DNA of 64,000 nucleotides from Gemmatales bacterium (GTDB lineage Bacteria; Planctomycetota; Planctomycetia; Gemmatales; HRBIN36): NCBI GenBank assembly GCA_041640595.1, contig JBEPZY010000001.1, positions 352,001 to 416,000 of the forward strand, read 5' to 3'. Shown piece by piece: positions 62,558 to 64,000 of this stretch (position 1 is its first letter; each line of letters starts with the position of its first letter). The notes under the pieces were generated by a model. It saw only the letters and a program-made list of their open reading frames with translations, ran no database searches and was not told where the DNA came from. The position numbers and the translations under genes were made by a program.

Positions 62558-63742
62558 TTAGTCTGACCGATGCTTCAAAGCCGTGTAAACCTGCGATGCC
62601 GCCTGCTTTAGCCGATTCAGAGTGTCTGTCCAATCCTTTCCTCGTGCAAGGATGGTCAGGATCGGGTACCTGCCCGGTATGAAGGCATCCTCATGTGGGA
62701 CATCAGCGATGGCAATATCCGAAAGCAAGCCAGCCGGTGTAAGTATGGGGCCTATCTCAGCAATGTACCGCAATCGGAACTGCAATGCGAAAGGTGCATA
62801 AAGAATAGCTTTGCCGACGCAGCACGAATCACCTCCTGTCATAAGCGGGGCTCGCTGACAGTTGAATTGTCTCAAAGGACTGGACTGTTCGTCTGCCATG
62901 AAGACCGCAGCATGGGCAGAAAACCAAGGCCAGGCCGACGCCAGTTCCAGCACTTCCAGGGAAGCTGGATAACGAGGATTGATCTCCACTAGCCACGGCG
63001 TTTCGTCCTGCAAAACGAAATCCACGCCGAACACCCCGCGCAGTCCGAAATAACTGGTCAATGTTTCGCCGAGACGACGTAATCGCTCGGCCAACGGCGC
63101 AGCGCATCGAAGCGGTCCGAGGTTTCCACACCACTGAAACTCACGAGCCTGTAACCACCGACAGCCCAGCAGTTGTCGCGTAGCTCCCAGCCAGAAGCAA
63201 CTTCGACCGTCCGCTAAAAACACTGACGATGCAGGCATCCCTGGGATATAACGCTGGTAGTAACGAACCTGGCCGCGGAGACGCTGACCATACCAACGCA
63301 TGACGCCGCTTTCCGTTTTAGCCAACCACGTGCCATCTCGGGGCAAGCCTTCGGGACTTCGAGACCACTCCGGAAAAGGTAAACCAGCCTGGATAGCAGC
63401 CCGGGCGAGTTGAGCCGGATCACGCACGGCTCGCGCTACGGTTGCGGGATTGGCCCAAAGTGGCCATGCTTCTTGTATCTCGGCTAATACCCGAATGTAA
63501 CGCTCTAGCCGACCCGTGTACAGAACTGGCGCTGCTCGTTCGGATTTTCGTAGCCACTGGATTAGGCCCTCTGGATATTGAGAACGCTGGATTCTGGTAA
63601 CTGGTGCCCAGGCCTGCAAGTCGCGGTCTGCGAACAAGTCAGCACACTGTGGATACCATCCGGCCCGGATGGCGGCAAAAGCTAGAGCCCGGACGCTGGC
63701 ACCAATCAGAAGGACTCGTTTATCGCTGCCATATTCGATCAT
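62558..63742 (-). CDS. ATP-grasp domain protein (resembles H4MPT/methanofuran C1-cluster proteins)
   Basis: GASVRALA, ADLFADRDL, GVFGVDF and EINPRYPAS motifs. The pathway link is inference. Confidence 0.75.
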   Translation of the reverse strand: MIEYGSDKRVLLIGASVRALAFAAIRAGWYPQCADLFADRDLQAWAPVTRIQRSQYPEGLIQWLRKSERAAPVLYTGRLERYIRVLAEIQEAWPLWANPATVARAVRDPAQLARAAIQAGLPFPEWSRSPEGLPRDGTWLAKTESGVMRWYGQRLRGQVRYYQRYIPGMPASSVFLADGRSCFWLGATRQLLGCRWLQAREFQWCGNLGPLRCAAPLAERLRRLGETLTSYFGLRGVFGVDFVLQDETPWLVEINPRYPASLEVLELASAWPWFSAHAAVFMADEQSSPLRQFNCQRAPLMTGGDSCCVGKAILYAPFALQFRLRYIAEIGPILTPAGLLSDIAIADVPHEDAFIPGRYPILTILARGKDWTDTLNRLKQAASQVYTALKHRSD

Positions 63743-64000
63743 GGAGCCGACCAATGGTTCTTCGCCACCAAAAGCGGTTTAAGTGTTCTGCCCGTCGTTT
63801 TATCAACCGATGGAAACCGGTGGTCGCTGATGTTTTCGCTGAAAACTTTGGCCCTGGAAGAACGCCGGATTCTGCAAACAATGGCTCTTGCCTCAGCCCT
63901 TGTTCGGAGTCATTTGGTAAGTTGAAGGTATGTCGGAATAACGCATGGCAAAACCACCTCTGCTTGCGAACCAAATGATAAAGGGTCAATTTTCTCGACG

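Noticed and set aside
63720..64000. ORF at the right edge
   Set aside because: No recognisable motif and conflicting frames, so it could not be supported.

Overview
Bacterial chromosomal window, probably Planctomycetota (Gemmatales-like; inferred from the protein families). The left ~27 kb is a defence locus. A vWA/PP2C/Ser-Thr kinase (TerY-P-like) triad lies on the minus strand. Divergent from it is an adaptation-only CRISPR module: cas2, a ~290-nt strongly base-paired intergenic RNA candidate, a stand-alone group II intron-like reverse transcriptase, and cas1. A ~130-bp leader follows, then an ~18-kb array of roughly 245-250 near-identical 37-nt repeats ending in a long tail of decayed repeats. 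No cas6 or interference genes occur in the window. The spacers are the most unusual feature. They overlap heavily, show no PAM, are almost all antisense to readable mRNA, and pile up at one apparent RNA 5' end. By eye they assemble into a family of small, highly structured, fast-diverging elements encoding a ~35-aa transmembrane/Arg-Lys-tail peptide and a small zinc-ribbon protein. A few spacers are part sense and part antisense to their neighbours. The right ~37 kb is housekeeping: lemA-htpX, a PLD-family protein, an MFS transporter, hemD, ade, hpt, a PilZ protein, a full nuoA-N operon, clpX, scpA, sucCD, a metallophosphoesterase, an RluA-family synthase and an ATP-grasp protein. All counts and assemblies were done manually and are approximate.
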